Assembly: GCA_009692515.1 (NCBI GenBank)
Contig: SHZA01000005.1
Coordinates: 2,517-66,516, forward strand
Length of the DNA stretch: 64,000 bases
Reading direction: 5' to 3'
DNA from: Bdellovibrionales bacterium
GTDB lineage: Bacteria > Bdellovibrionota > FAC87 > UBA2466
Each line of letters begins with the position of its first letter. Position 1 is the first letter of the stretch. The notes beneath the pieces are model-generated. The model saw only the letters and a list, made by a program, of their open reading frames with translations. It made no database searches and was not told the origin of the DNA. Shown here piece after piece: positions 10,580 through 23,062 of the stretch. Made by a program: the position numbers and the translations under genes.

Positions 10580-12196
10580 CTACGCCAGTTGCGGAAGTGA
10601 TCCCTTTTTATCTTTGAGAGCACCCTGCTGAATCACACCTAGCAGTGTACTTACAAAAATATAAAGGGTAAGCCCCGAAGGTAAATTAATCATCATGAAG
10701 GTAAAAATCACCGGCATGAACAACATCATTTTTTGCTGCGCCGGGTCCATTCCAGCACTTGGAGTCATTTTTTGCTGTAGGAACATGGCCGCTCCCATTA
10801 AAACGGGATAAATATAGAAGGGATCTTTAGTAGATAAATCCTGAATCCAACCAAAAAATGGCGCGTGAAATAGCTCAATAGAATTTCCAAGGACTGCATA
10901 CAACGCAATAAAAACTGGCAATTGAACCAACATCGGCAAACATCCCCCAGCAGGATTCACTTTGTGTACTTTAAACAAAGCCATTTGCTCTTCGTTTAGT
11001 TTTTTCTGATCGTCCTTATGTTTTTCTTTAATCGCGGCAATTTGCGGTTGAAGCTTTTGCATAGCCTTCATCGACTTCATACTTTTTTGAGATAGTGGAT
11101 AAAATAGCGCCCTCACTAAAATGGTGAGAAGAATAATGGCGACACCGAAGTTATGAATGAATTTATGAAAAAATCTAAGCAGCTCTAATAACGGATAGGC
11201 TACCACTGCAAAGGTTCCATAATCGATCAATTTTTTTAACCCAGGAACCTTTGAGAGTTCATTGTAATCCTTAGGCCCCACATAAAACCTGAGAGCAAAC
11301 TTAAGTTCCGTTTGATCCTTTTTCAAAACAATCGGATACCTTAAATAGACCCCATTAAAATTCTCGGTCTTTTTGTAAACCACATCTGGGTTTATCTGAC
11401 TTTCTTGATTAATAACGACATTTGAAAAATATCGATTTCCAAAGGCCACCCAGTTGGTATGCCCCTGTTGAACCGCTTCATCATCTTTTCGCAGTTTTTC
11501 TATCGAGACACGTTTGATCTCATCATTTTGATAAACCACAACCTCCCAAGACTTCAATGGAAGCTGGGCATCAAATTGCTCACTTTCATTAGTTCCCACT
11601 GGAATCAAAAGATTTCCCCACTCTTTTTGGGCCCCTTTTGGAAAGGTAATAGTAACGTCTGCATCGATAAAATTTGAATTCTCTGAAACTCGATATTCTT
11701 TTGTGACAACCGCCTTCTTTGTGGCTTTAGAGAAGGTAACCACATTTCCAAGGCGCTTGGCGTCATAAGCCCCCCGTGAAAACTCTGCTAAATTTGGATC
11801 TGTAAAAATAGTCGATAGGGCCAAGGAGGTCTTTTCCGGAGACACCAGGCTAATTAAGGGCGAGTGATTATCGATAGTTTCATGAAACTTAGGAAGGTTT
11901 GCTGTGACAATCTTGCCTCCATTATTGGAAAACAATAAATCCATATTAGGCGTTACTATTTGGATAACTCTCCGATCCAAAACAATAGGAGAAAAATCTG
12001 ATGCCTTCATTAAACCAGGGGCTTGCTGCGGAGACCCTCCAGCTTCTTTAATCCCAGACTTAGCGGTCTGGACCGCGGCAAGCTCTTCAACCCTCTGTGT
12101 CGAAACTGTCGGTGTTGGAATGGGTGCAAACCATCGCATGTAGGTCAACCAAATTAAAAGCATTAATGAAACTGCTAACCAAGTTTTGGATGCCAT
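10580..12196 (-). CDS. yidC: membrane protein insertase YidC
   Basis: The 538-aa ORF has an N-terminal TM segment, a large periplasmic domain and a C-terminal 5-TM core. It sits in the rnpA-yidD-yidC-mnmE synteny. Confidence 0.9.
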   Translation of the reverse strand: MASKTWLAVSLMLLIWLTYMRWFAPIPTPTVSTQRVEELAAVQTAKSGIKEAGGSPQQAPGLMKASDFSPIVLDRRVIQIVTPNMDLLFSNNGGKIVTANLPKFHETIDNHSPLISLVSPEKTSLALSTIFTDPNLAEFSRGAYDAKRLGNVVTFSKATKKAVVTKEYRVSENSNFIDADVTITFPKGAQKEWGNLLIPVGTNESEQFDAQLPLKSWEVVVYQNDEIKRVSIEKLRKDDEAVQQGHTNWVAFGNRYFSNVVINQESQINPDVVYKKTENFNGVYLRYPIVLKKDQTELKFALRFYVGPKDYNELSKVPGLKKLIDYGTFAVVAYPLLELLRFFHKFIHNFGVAIILLTILVRALFYPLSQKSMKSMKAMQKLQPQIAAIKEKHKDDQKKLNEEQMALFKVHKVNPAGGCLPMLVQLPVFIALYAVLGNSIELFHAPFFGWIQDLSTKDPFYIYPVLMGAAMFLQQKMTPSAGMDPAQQKMMLFMPVIFTFMMINLPSGLTLYIFVSTLLGVIQQGALKDKKGSLPQLA

Positions 12197-12213
12197 ACTT
12201 TATCTTTCCCTTT

Positions 12214-12429
12214 TTAAACTATCGAATCAAAACCGTGAGGCCCGAAGGAATGACAACTTAAAAGTCGCTTAATTCCCAGCCAACCCCCAACCAAAAACCC
12301 CTTTTTAATCACTGCCTCTCCACAATAAACGGAGCAGGTAGGCTCAAACCGACAACAACCACCAAAAGAAAACAACAGGTGAAGTCCTCTAGATACAGCC
12401 CAAAAGATTAAGCGAATTCCCTCTTTCAC
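12214..12429 (-). CDS. yidD: membrane protein insertion efficiency factor YidD
   Basis: The 71-aa ORF has the conserved Cys motif (CRFEPTCSVY). Confidence 0.85.
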   Translation of the reverse strand: MKEGIRLIFWAVSRGLHLLFSFGGCCRFEPTCSVYCGEAVIKKGFLVGGWLGIKRLLSCHSFGPHGFDSIV

Positions 12430-12449
12430 ACTATTTCCTGCATCTGCTT

Positions 12450-12866
12450 TTATCTGATGTTTTTAGGCCGGCCGATGTATTTAATAAACTCATTTACCTC
12501 TTCTGAAACTTCTAAAAGGCCCAATCTCTTCCACTGCGTGGTTAATGAACTTAACCCAAGTACATTAACGTCAATCCCCTGAAAACTATCAAGATTTTTT
12601 CTAAAAACCTCTCGCAACAATCTCCGAATTCTATTTCGGGCTACTGCACTTTTTAACACCTTCTTGGATAAGGAAAGACCCAATCGACCCTTACCTTCAC
12701 GAGTAAAAACAAAGGTAAAAAACCCTGTTTTTACCCGCTCAAACCGAGAAAATCGAAAGTCTTTTTTCTTTTTTAACCTGGTTGTTTTAGCAAGCTTCTG
12801 ACAACGAGAAGGTGCTTTAATCTTCTCTTCCAACGTACCGATGCTATTTTCCACCAAGGCAAACAA
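12450..12866 (-). CDS. rnpA: ribonuclease P protein component
   Basis: The 138-aa basic protein has the RNR motif ([11 protein letters not shown]). It appears to use a TTG start and lies downstream of rpmH. Confidence 0.8.
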   Translation of the reverse strand: MFALVENSIGTLEEKIKAPSRCQKLAKTTRLKKKKDFRFSRFERVKTGFFTFVFTREGKGRLGLSLSKKVLKSAVARNRIRRLLREVFRKNLDSFQGIDVNVLGLSSLTTQWKRLGLLEVSEEVNEFIKYIGRPKNIR

Positions 12867-12993
12867 CTAATCTTCTTCGACCTTTACGGCGACGTCTGGC
12901 TAATAAAGCCCGTCCATCTTTGCGGCTCATTCGCTTCAGCCAACCGTGGGTTCTTTTTCGCTTAATCCGACTGGGTTGATATGTTCTTTTCAC
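12844..12993 (-). CDS. rpmH: 50S ribosomal protein L34
   Basis: This 49-aa ORF falls below the track cutoff and was translated manually ([49 protein letters not shown]). It has a GTG start, an upstream GAGG, and overlaps the rnpA start by 23 nt. Confidence 0.75.
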   Translation of the reverse strand: MKRTYQPSRIKRKRTHGWLKRMSRKDGRALLARRRRKGRRRLVVCLGGK

Positions 12994-13298
12994 TTGAAAC
13001 CTCTACTTAAGTAATCTTATGTTTAAACCGTTGCATCCTATTGATTCCTACAGCCCGTGTCAAACCCTTTGCTGGCCCCTATTCAAATCTTCTGCACCAC
13101 CGACCGCTCCCACCCAATTTATCTCCTTTAGCAAATGGCTACAGGCCCAAACTCACTGCTTGTAGGTCGTCATAAATTGTTTTCATTTGTTGTCAATAAA
13201 ACTACTTCTATGAATTACCGTGCTTTGGGTTGCCAAAAGAAATCTGCTTTGTTAGCTGTTTGCCTCAACGGGTGGGGCAGGGCCTTAAAATTACCAGT

Positions 13299-14600
13299 AT
13301 GAGTTCAAAATCTTGGTTACAGATTCGAGATCGGTTAAAAGCATCTTTACCCGGTCATATTTTTTCCACGCTAGTCGAACCTACGTCCTGTTTAGAAACT
13401 GACGCTGCTTTAGAGTTATCTTTTCCTAATCGATTTACCAAAGAAAGTTTTGAAGAAAAATGTTTGTCTCCTATGAGACTTGCCCTGAAAGAGCTTTCTT
13501 TGGATACAAAACGGGTAGAGCTTTTCGTTTTTAAAACGGCCTCCGTAGAAACACAACCCGCTTTTTTGTCTCCCTCTTCAGTGAGTCCTTTTGATCCAAA
13601 ATATACCTTTGAAACTTTTGTGATTGGGTCTTCTAACCAATTTGCTCATGCCGCCTGCCAGGCCGTCTCAAGACAACCAGGACAATGTTACAACCCTCTT
13701 TTTATTTTTGGTGGCGCGGGACTCGGAAAAACGCATCTCCTTCGCGCCATTGGACATGAAATTTTTAAAACCCAAAACAACCTTCGGGTTTTATTTCTAA
13801 CAAGTGAGGCATTTACCAATGAACTCATTCAAGCGATTCGCATCGATAGAATGAGGGAGTTTCGCGAAAAGTATCGCGCGAGTTGTGATGTTCTTTTACT
13901 CGATGACATTCACTTTTTAGCGGGAAAGGAAAGAACTCAAGAGGAGTTTTTCTATACCTTTAATTATCTTCATGAATCTAGAAAACAGATCGTGATCACC
14001 TCCGATCGTTACCCCAAGGATATTTCTGGGTTAGAAAACAGACTTCAAACTCGATTTGAATGGGGATTAGTCGCCGATGTTCAACCTCCCGAGGTTGAAA
14101 CTCGCGTGGCTATTTTAAAAAATAAAGCGGAGGAACAAAATATTCTACTTCCCGATGAAGTAGCTCACTATATTGCCTCTCACGTTACCTCAAATATTCG
14201 TGAGCTAGAAGGGTCGCTACACCGATTGCAAGCGCATGCTTCGCTGAACCATACCTTAATCACTATGGAGCTCGCACAACAAACCCTGAGAGATTTGGTG
14301 CCAAAAATAAGACACCAACTAACGCCGGATGGGATCTTAAAATTGGTCGCGCTTACTTTCGGATTAAAAATAATCGATTTAAAGGCCGACAAAAGAGCCC
14401 GTGTTTTGAGCGAACCCCGACAAATTTGTATGTATTTACTCAGAAAACATTTGATGATGTCACTTCCTGAAATCGGAGCTTTTATGGGTAATCGCCACCA
14501 CACAACGATTCTCCACGGTGTGAATGAGATCATTTCTCGTTCAAAAACAAATCCGGAAATTGAGAACAACATTGCGCGAATTGAAAGTCTCATTAGGTAG
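13299..14600 (+). CDS. dnaA: chromosomal replication initiator DnaA
   Basis: The ORF has AAA+ Walker A (GGAGLGKTHLL) and the domain IV HTH. The track ORF begins at a TTG at 13230, but the DnaA-like N-terminus MSSKSWLQIRDRL starts at the ATG at 13299. Confidence 0.9.
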   Translation: MSSKSWLQIRDRLKASLPGHIFSTLVEPTSCLETDAALELSFPNRFTKESFEEKCLSPMRLALKELSLDTKRVELFVFKTASVETQPAFLSPSSVSPFDPKYTFETFVIGSSNQFAHAACQAVSRQPGQCYNPLFIFGGAGLGKTHLLRAIGHEIFKTQNNLRVLFLTSEAFTNELIQAIRIDRMREFREKYRASCDVLLLDDIHFLAGKERTQEEFFYTFNYLHESRKQIVITSDRYPKDISGLENRLQTRFEWGLVADVQPPEVETRVAILKNKAEEQNILLPDEVAHYIASHVTSNIRELEGSLHRLQAHASLNHTLITMELAQQTLRDLVPKIRHQLTPDGILKLVALTFGLKIIDLKADKRARVLSEPRQICMYLLRKHLMMSLPEIGAFMGNRHHTTILHGVNEIISRSKTNPEIENNIARIESLIR

Positions 14601-14993
14601 TTTAAACACTTTTTTGTACTTTTATGAAACGGAGCGTCTCGAAATTAACGAATCAAGGGCGTAAATCGATGATAAACAACCATTGATATACGTTACTATT
14701 GCCATATGTGGATAACTAGGTAAGACTTTATTTAGGGGCATTGTTAATAACTATGTTGAAAACATTGTTAATTGTTTGTTAATTGTTTGTTGATAACTTG
14801 TTGATAACTTTTCATCCACAGCTTATCCACAGGTTTTAAAAAGTTATCCACACGGTTATCCACAGGATCATCGTTAATGGTATTAAGTAGTTAACTGAGT
14901 TGTTAACTTATCAACAATGCTAACTACTACTACTATAGATCTATATATATATAGATAGGGAAAAAGATAAGAAGAAGGAACTCAGGGGGAATC
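14601..14993. other. oriC (dnaA-dnaN intergenic replication origin)
   Basis: Perfect TTATCCACA boxes sit at 14823, 14844 and 14856. Weaker boxes are a 1-mismatch box at 14812, TGTGGATAA at 14707, TGTTGATAA at 14788 and 14799, and TTATCAACA at 14908. CTA x4 repeats at 14924-14935 adjoin a (TA)n AT-rich tract at 14936-14957. The coding-strand switch happens here. Confidence 0.8.
14812..14864 (+). promoter_or_regulatory. cluster of four same-orientation DnaA boxes (tCATCCACA, TTATCCACA x3)
   Basis: These are direct matches to the DnaA box consensus TTATCCACA, spaced 11, 21 and 12 bp apart. Confidence 0.8.
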
Positions 14994-16148
14994 ATGAAAT
15001 TACAGATTTCGAAAAGCCAATTGTTGTTAGGACTCCAACGTGTACAGAATGTGGTAGAGCGAAGAACTACGATGCCCATCTTGTCTAATGCACTTTTAAA
15101 AACAGAAAAAAATGGATTGTCTTTATCTGCCACAGATTTAGAGGTTGGAATTCAGTCGATTTTACCTGCTGAAATCATAGAAGAGGGATCCATAACTGTG
15201 AAGGCGAGAAGTCTTTTAGATATCGTGAGAGAACTTCCAAATACCTTAATTCAATTTCAGACAAGGGAAAATAATCGACTAGAAATAAAGGCGAACAAAT
15301 CGGTTTTTAACATCGTAGGACTTCCATCGGAAGACTTTCCAGAAATTCCTAGCTTTTCCTCAGAAGAAAAACAGCAGTTTGTTAGAATGAATGGCCAGGC
15401 TGTGATGGCTATGCTCGATAAAACTTTATACGCCGCATCTACCGACGAAGCGCGTTATCACTTGAATGGTGTTTATTTTGAAACTCTAGAAAATACCATT
15501 GAGGGTGCCGACAAAGGAAAAAAAGTTTTTCGTATGGTGGCCACCGATGCTCATCGCCTTTCTTTAGTCGATAACCCAGAAACTTTATTTGATGAAAGCG
15601 CTTGGAAACTTTTTCAAGATGGGATCATTGTTCCTCGAAAAGGATTAAATGAACTAAGACGTCTTCTGTCTGAAGGTAAAGAGGATTTTTTTGTAACTAT
15701 CAGAGGGAAGATGTTGTTTGTGAAAAGAGACAATATCTTCTTATCTATGCGGTTGATAGAGGGGAAATATGCCGATTATCGTCGTATCATCCCTGAAAAG
15801 GCGATTAATACTATCTCTGTGGACCGAGAAGCCTTTCTGGCATCACTTAAACGAATTTCTTTGATGTCGTCCGATAAATCTCGTAGTCTAACCTTCAGTT
15901 TAACTCCTGGAGTTCTGCAACTTTCAAGTCAAAGTCCAGAATTAGGGGATGCTAAGGAAGAGATCAGTATCGATTACACAGGCGAAGAATTCAAAATTGG
16001 TTTTAACTCTCGTTATTTGATCGATGCCGTTTCTACAATGGAAGGTAAACAAATAATTTTAGAAATCCGAGGAAAACAAAATCCCGGAGTGATTCGTTCC
16101 TCCGATGGGCCTAATCATACTAGCGTGGTGATGCCGATGAGGATTTGA
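14994..16148 (+). CDS. dnaN: DNA polymerase III beta sliding clamp
   Basis: The 384-aa ORF follows an RBS (AGGGGGA) and is conserved across the three beta-clamp domains. Confidence 0.95.
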   Translation: MKLQISKSQLLLGLQRVQNVVERRTTMPILSNALLKTEKNGLSLSATDLEVGIQSILPAEIIEEGSITVKARSLLDIVRELPNTLIQFQTRENNRLEIKANKSVFNIVGLPSEDFPEIPSFSSEEKQQFVRMNGQAVMAMLDKTLYAASTDEARYHLNGVYFETLENTIEGADKGKKVFRMVATDAHRLSLVDNPETLFDESAWKLFQDGIIVPRKGLNELRRLLSEGKEDFFVTIRGKMLFVKRDNIFLSMRLIEGKYADYRRIIPEKAINTISVDREAFLASLKRISLMSSDKSRSLTFSLTPGVLQLSSQSPELGDAKEEISIDYTGEEFKIGFNSRYLIDAVSTMEGKQIILEIRGKQNPGVIRSSDGPNHTSVVMPMRI

Positions 16149-16175
16149 TTTTTTAAATTAACCTTTTAATAATAA

Positions 16176-18634
<2,459 letters not shown>

Positions 18635-18635
<1 letters not shown>

Positions 18636-21151
18636 TGGAAATTTTAGACGTACATCTTAGTCAGGTTAGTATTGAAGACCAAATGAAGGATGCGTATCTC
18701 GAATACGCCATGTCTGTCATTGTGGGACGCGCATTACCCGATGTGAGAGATGGGTTAAAACCGGTACATCGCAGAATTTTATATGCCATGTATGACATGG
18801 GAAATACTTACGAGAAAGCCTATAAAAAATCGGCACGTATTGTTGGTGATGTGATTGGAAAGTATCACCCGCATGGTGATACCGCCGTGTATGAAACCAT
18901 GGTGCGAATGGCCCAAGATTTTAGCATGCGCTACACCTTAATCGACGGGCAGGGTAATTTTGGATCGGTAGACGGAGATGCTGCGGCCGCCATGCGATAT
19001 ACGGAAGTGCGCCTAGATAAAATTTCTAATCAAGTTCTTGCTGACCTTGAAAAAGAGACCGTTAATTTTAATCCCAACTATGACAATTCTTTACAAGAAC
19101 CGGCAGTACTTCCTACTAGAATTCCGACTCTTTTAGTTAATGGATCCTCAGGAATTGCAGTAGGAATGGCCACCAATATTCCGCCGCATAATTTGAGAGA
19201 GATCATTGATGGAATAAAGGCAGTTATCGCAAATCCAGGAATTAGTATTTTAGAATTAATGCAAATTATTCCAGGGCCCGATTTTCCTACAGCCGGATTT
19301 ATTTACGGAAGAAATGGTCTTAAGGAAGCGTATCATACAGGAAAAGGAATTATTCAGTTACGTGCTAGAGCAGAAGTTGAAGAGGCTAAAGCGGATCGCC
19401 AAAGAATTGTAGTCACAGAACTTCCCTATCAAGTCAATAAAGCCAAACTCATTGAGCACATTGCTGAACTCATTCGAGACAAAAAAGTTGAAGGAATTTC
19501 CGATATTCGCGACGAATCGGATCGAACCGGAATGCGGGTTGTTTTTGATCTGAAAAAGGGCGAGGACAGTCGTGTTGTTTTAAATCAGCTATATAAAAAT
19601 ACGCAGATGCACGTTTCCTTTGGAATCAGCATGCTAGCAATCGATCATCAGCAACCCAAACTTTTAACACTCAAAGATTGTTTGATAGCCTTCCTTCAAC
19701 ACAGGAAAGAGGTCGTTACCAAACGAACCGTTTTCGATTTAAGAAAAGCGGAAGAGAAAGCACATATTTTAGAGGCCTTAAAAAAGGCCGTTGAAAACCT
19801 TGATGAAATCGTAGCACTTATTAGAAAGGCCACCAATCCTAGCGAAGCCCAAGAACAGCTTATTGCTAAGTTTGTTTTTTCTGAAGTTCAAGCCAAGGCT
19901 ATTTTAGAAATGAGACTTCAACGCTTAACAGGCCTTGAAAGAGAAAAAATAGTTTCAGATTATAACGAAACCATGGCTACGATAGCTGAGTTAAACGCCA
20001 TTCTATCCGATGAAAATAAAGTATTAACAATTATCGGCAAAGAATTAGAAGAGGTGAGAAAAAATTTCGGTGATGCTCGTCGGACAGAATTTATCGACGA
20101 ACAAGAGGAAATGACCCAGGAAGATTATATTTTAGAGGAGGAGATGGTAGTGACCGTCACCTATTCTGGATATGTCAAACGACTCTCAGTTGATGCCTAT
20201 CGTTCTCAACGTAGAGGAGGCAAGGGGTCTATCGGTGTTTCTACTAAGGCGGAAGATTTTATTGCCGATATCTTTGTGGCAACGACTCACGACAATATTT
20301 TGTGTTTTACCGATCAGGGTAGAGTGTATTGGTTGAAGGTTCATAAAATTCCTGAGGCAGGGCGGATCGCTAAGGGCAAACCGATCGTTAATCTACTAAA
20401 TCTTACTACTAACGAACGGGTTCAGGCGGTATTGCCGGTAAAAGAATTTAAGGAAAACGAGTTCGTTACGATGGTAACTCGACAGGGCACGATCAAGAAA
20501 ACCAGTCTAGGTTTATTTTCTCGCCCGATGAAAAAAGGAATTATTGCCATCACTACTGAAGGTGGCGATCTTCTGGTGGATGCCAAAATTACCGACGGAA
20601 ATAATCATATTATCCTTGTAAGTAAATTTGGGCAGAGCATACGGTTTGAAGAACAAGATGTGCGGGCCATGGGAAGAACGGCGCGTGGTGTAGCCGGAAT
20701 GAAATTAGATACCGATGATGTGGTGATTGGAATGGCAATTGTGGCGCCAGAAGACAGCACCGCGCAAGTTTTAACCGTCACCCAAAAAGGGTATGGCAAA
20801 AGAACTTTACTTGAGGAGTATCGCGTTCAAGGACGTGGGGGGTCTGGCGTTATTACGATGAAGATCACGGAAAAAAATGGTCCTGTCATTGCGGTGAGAC
20901 AGGTAAAAGATGAGGACGATCTCATTTTGGCCTCTGATCGTGGCAAGGTAATTCGCACCAGAGTTTCGGAAATCTCTGAAGTAGGAAGGGTTGCCCAAGG
21001 CGTCCGATTGATCTCGCTAGATGACGGAGAAAGCGTTGGCGCAGTCGCAAAAATTGTAGAAAAAGATGATGAAGGAACTGAAGGTAAACCCACATCACCG
21101 ATTGTAAAAAGTAAGGCAGATCCAGATAAGGGTGACGGTAATGCGAAGTAG
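18635..21151 (+). CDS. gyrA: DNA gyrase subunit A
   Basis: The 838-aa ORF has a catalytic Tyr region ([11 protein letters not shown]), a GyrA-box beta-pinwheel CTD and a K/D/E-rich tail. Its start overlaps the gyrB stop. Confidence 0.95.
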
Positions 21152-21322
21152 AGTTTTTTTTTAATTATATTATTTCTTTCTGCGGGTTGCGCAGAAAGAA
21201 AACAGGAAAAACTTTTAGACGCGGCTGAAGCCAAGTTAACGGAAGAAAAATATTCTGAAGCTATCGAACTACTCAGAAAAGTTATTTCCCTTAATCCTGA
21301 AAGCAAGCTTGGTATTAAATCG

Positions 21323-21925
21323 ATGTATAAGTTGGGCCACACACTAGAAACCTATGGCAGGGATTACGCAGGAGCCATTTTCAACTATCAAGAGGCCATT
21401 CGATTAAGTCGAGATCCTGTTTCCGTTTATGAGATTCAAAAGAGAGTCGCCAATCTTTTTTTTGAGCAGGCTAAGGACACCGACAAGGCTATTGCGGCCT
21501 ATAAAAAGCTAATGACCTTTAATCCCAAGAGTTTGGAGACCGATTTTTTTCAGTTTAGAACTGCGGAGGGGTTTTTTAAGCAGAATAATTTTGATCAGGC
21601 CAGACTAGAATATCAACTACTGATAGAGAGCTTTCCCAAAAGCCAATATATCGAAAAGAGCCGATTTGAAATTGGGAATACCTATTACATGGAAGGTAAG
21701 TACGACATTGCTCTGGAATCTTTTAAGCAGGTAGGTCGATATCATAATCAAGGTGAATATACGGTGGAGGCCGAGTTTTTAATTGCGCAGTGTTTAGAGC
21801 AAACCAATAAACTAAGAGCGGCTTTACAGGCCTATGAAGGGGTAAAAAGTCGATATTCCAATCCCAGAATCGTCCAGTTTCGAATAGAGCAGCTTAAGGG
21901 CAGAATAAAAAAAGAGGGAAAATGA
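21323..21925 (+). CDS. TPR-repeat (lipo)protein, N-terminus apparently frameshifted
   Basis: The 200-aa ORF has TPR repeats. Its frame stays open upstream to the gyrA stop and encodes LIILFLSAGC (a lipobox), but the only ATG, at 21141, is in another frame across a T9 tract (21154-21162). Confidence 0.6.
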   Translation: MYKLGHTLETYGRDYAGAIFNYQEAIRLSRDPVSVYEIQKRVANLFFEQAKDTDKAIAAYKKLMTFNPKSLETDFFQFRTAEGFFKQNNFDQARLEYQLLIESFPKSQYIEKSRFEIGNTYYMEGKYDIALESFKQVGRYHNQGEYTVEAEFLIAQCLEQTNKLRAALQAYEGVKSRYSNPRIVQFRIEQLKGRIKKEGK

Positions 21926-22143
21926 TAAAAATAGACACCAAAAAACTGAGGGTCGCCATCATTATGGGAAATGCGGTGATGACCAAGGCGATTATGATCT
22001 GTGCGGGTTGGTATTTTGGTACGAAGCTAGACAAACAATATGGTACCGAACCGTACTGGATGATTAGTCTTGTCGTTTTAGCCATGATTCTTGGGGTTTG
22101 GTTTATTCTATTTACGGCTAAAAGATTTAAGCTCACAGACTAA
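21922..22143 (+). CDS. AtpZ/AtpI-like small membrane protein preceding atpB
   Basis: The 73-aa ORF has 2 TM helices and follows the G..G..LD...GT.P pattern. Its ATG overlaps the upstream TGA (ATGA), and atpB follows. Confidence 0.5.
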   Translation: MIKIDTKKLRVAIIMGNAVMTKAIMICAGWYFGTKLDKQYGTEPYWMISLVVLAMILGVWFILFTAKRFKLTD

Positions 22144-22313
22144 AAGAACCGCTGCCTTTAATAGCGGTTGATAGTGAACGATCAACTTTGTTTGGAAGGT
22201 TGATTTGTGACGATCAACCCTACGCCCACTTAAATCATTCAACCTATTGAATCTTTATTGAAAGATTAAAATAATGGGGGTATTAACAGTGGGTTAAATA
22301 GGAGTTAAACGTA

Positions 22314-23042
22314 ATGCAAAGTCATGGTTCCGCACATCATGGTCCCGAGAGCTGGCTCACAAAGCTACCCTTCTTGCCCCAACAGCGAGAGTGGGAGAGT
22401 GTTAATGGTGCTGTCTTAGTTTTTGTCCTTATTTTGGTGGTGTCTCTTTTAGTGAATCGGATTATTAAGGGTAAAATTCAAGAAAATGTGATTCCTCGTC
22501 CCAAGGTGGGTCTCTTTTCCGTTATCGATCTACTGGTCGAGGCGCTTTATAATTTAATCGTGGGTATTGTCGGTCACCATTATGGGGCCTATGCCTTTCC
22601 CTTCATTGCCTCTATTTTTATTTATGTACTTTTAAATAATCTTTTAGGCCTTTTGCCTATGTCGGCCTCTCCTAGCGCAGCATTTCCTATAGCATTTGCT
22701 TTGGGGATATCTAGTTTCATTTTTTACAATTGGATGGGTGTCAAAGCTAACGGGCTGATTGGGTATGGAAAACACTTTTTAATGGGATTAGGTGTTTTTG
22801 GAATTCCTATTGCGGGCGTTGAGATGATTTCTCATGTCATTCGTCCCTTTACCTTGGGATTACGTCTTAGAACTAACATGCATATCGATCACATGTTGGC
22901 CGGCGCTTTTGCGGAGCTCTGTAAATGGATTGTTCCAGTTCCCCTGTTGCTTTTTGGAGTTGTGGTCTGTACGATTCAGGCCTTTCTTTTTGCGGTTTTG
23001 ACAGCTGTTTATGTACAGATGGCAACGGAACATGAAGAGTAA
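22314..23042 (+). CDS. atpB: F0F1 ATP synthase subunit a
   Basis: The 242-aa polytopic protein contains the conserved Arg region (RPFTLGLRLRTNM) and has an RBS (AGGAG). Confidence 0.85.
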   Translation: MQSHGSAHHGPESWLTKLPFLPQQREWESVNGAVLVFVLILVVSLLVNRIIKGKIQENVIPRPKVGLFSVIDLLVEALYNLIVGIVGHHYGAYAFPFIASIFIYVLLNNLLGLLPMSASPSAAFPIAFALGISSFIFYNWMGVKANGLIGYGKHFLMGLGVFGIPIAGVEMISHVIRPFTLGLRLRTNMHIDHMLAGAFAELCKWIVPVPLLLFGVVVCTIQAFLFAVLTAVYVQMATEHEE

Positions 23043-23062
23043 TTTTTTTTAGGAGGTAAGAA

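Noticed and set aside
13230-13298. N-terminal 23-aa extension of dnaA in the ORF track (MPKEICFVSCLPQ...)
   Set aside because: The track used a TTG at 13230. The DnaA-like N-terminus (MSSKSWLQIRDRL) begins at the ATG at 13299, so the extension is probably untranslated.
20827-21342. 171-aa minus-strand ORF at the gyrA 3' end
   Set aside because: It is antisense to the conserved gyrA C-terminal domain and K/E-rich tail, Ser/Leu-rich, and has no plausible start context.
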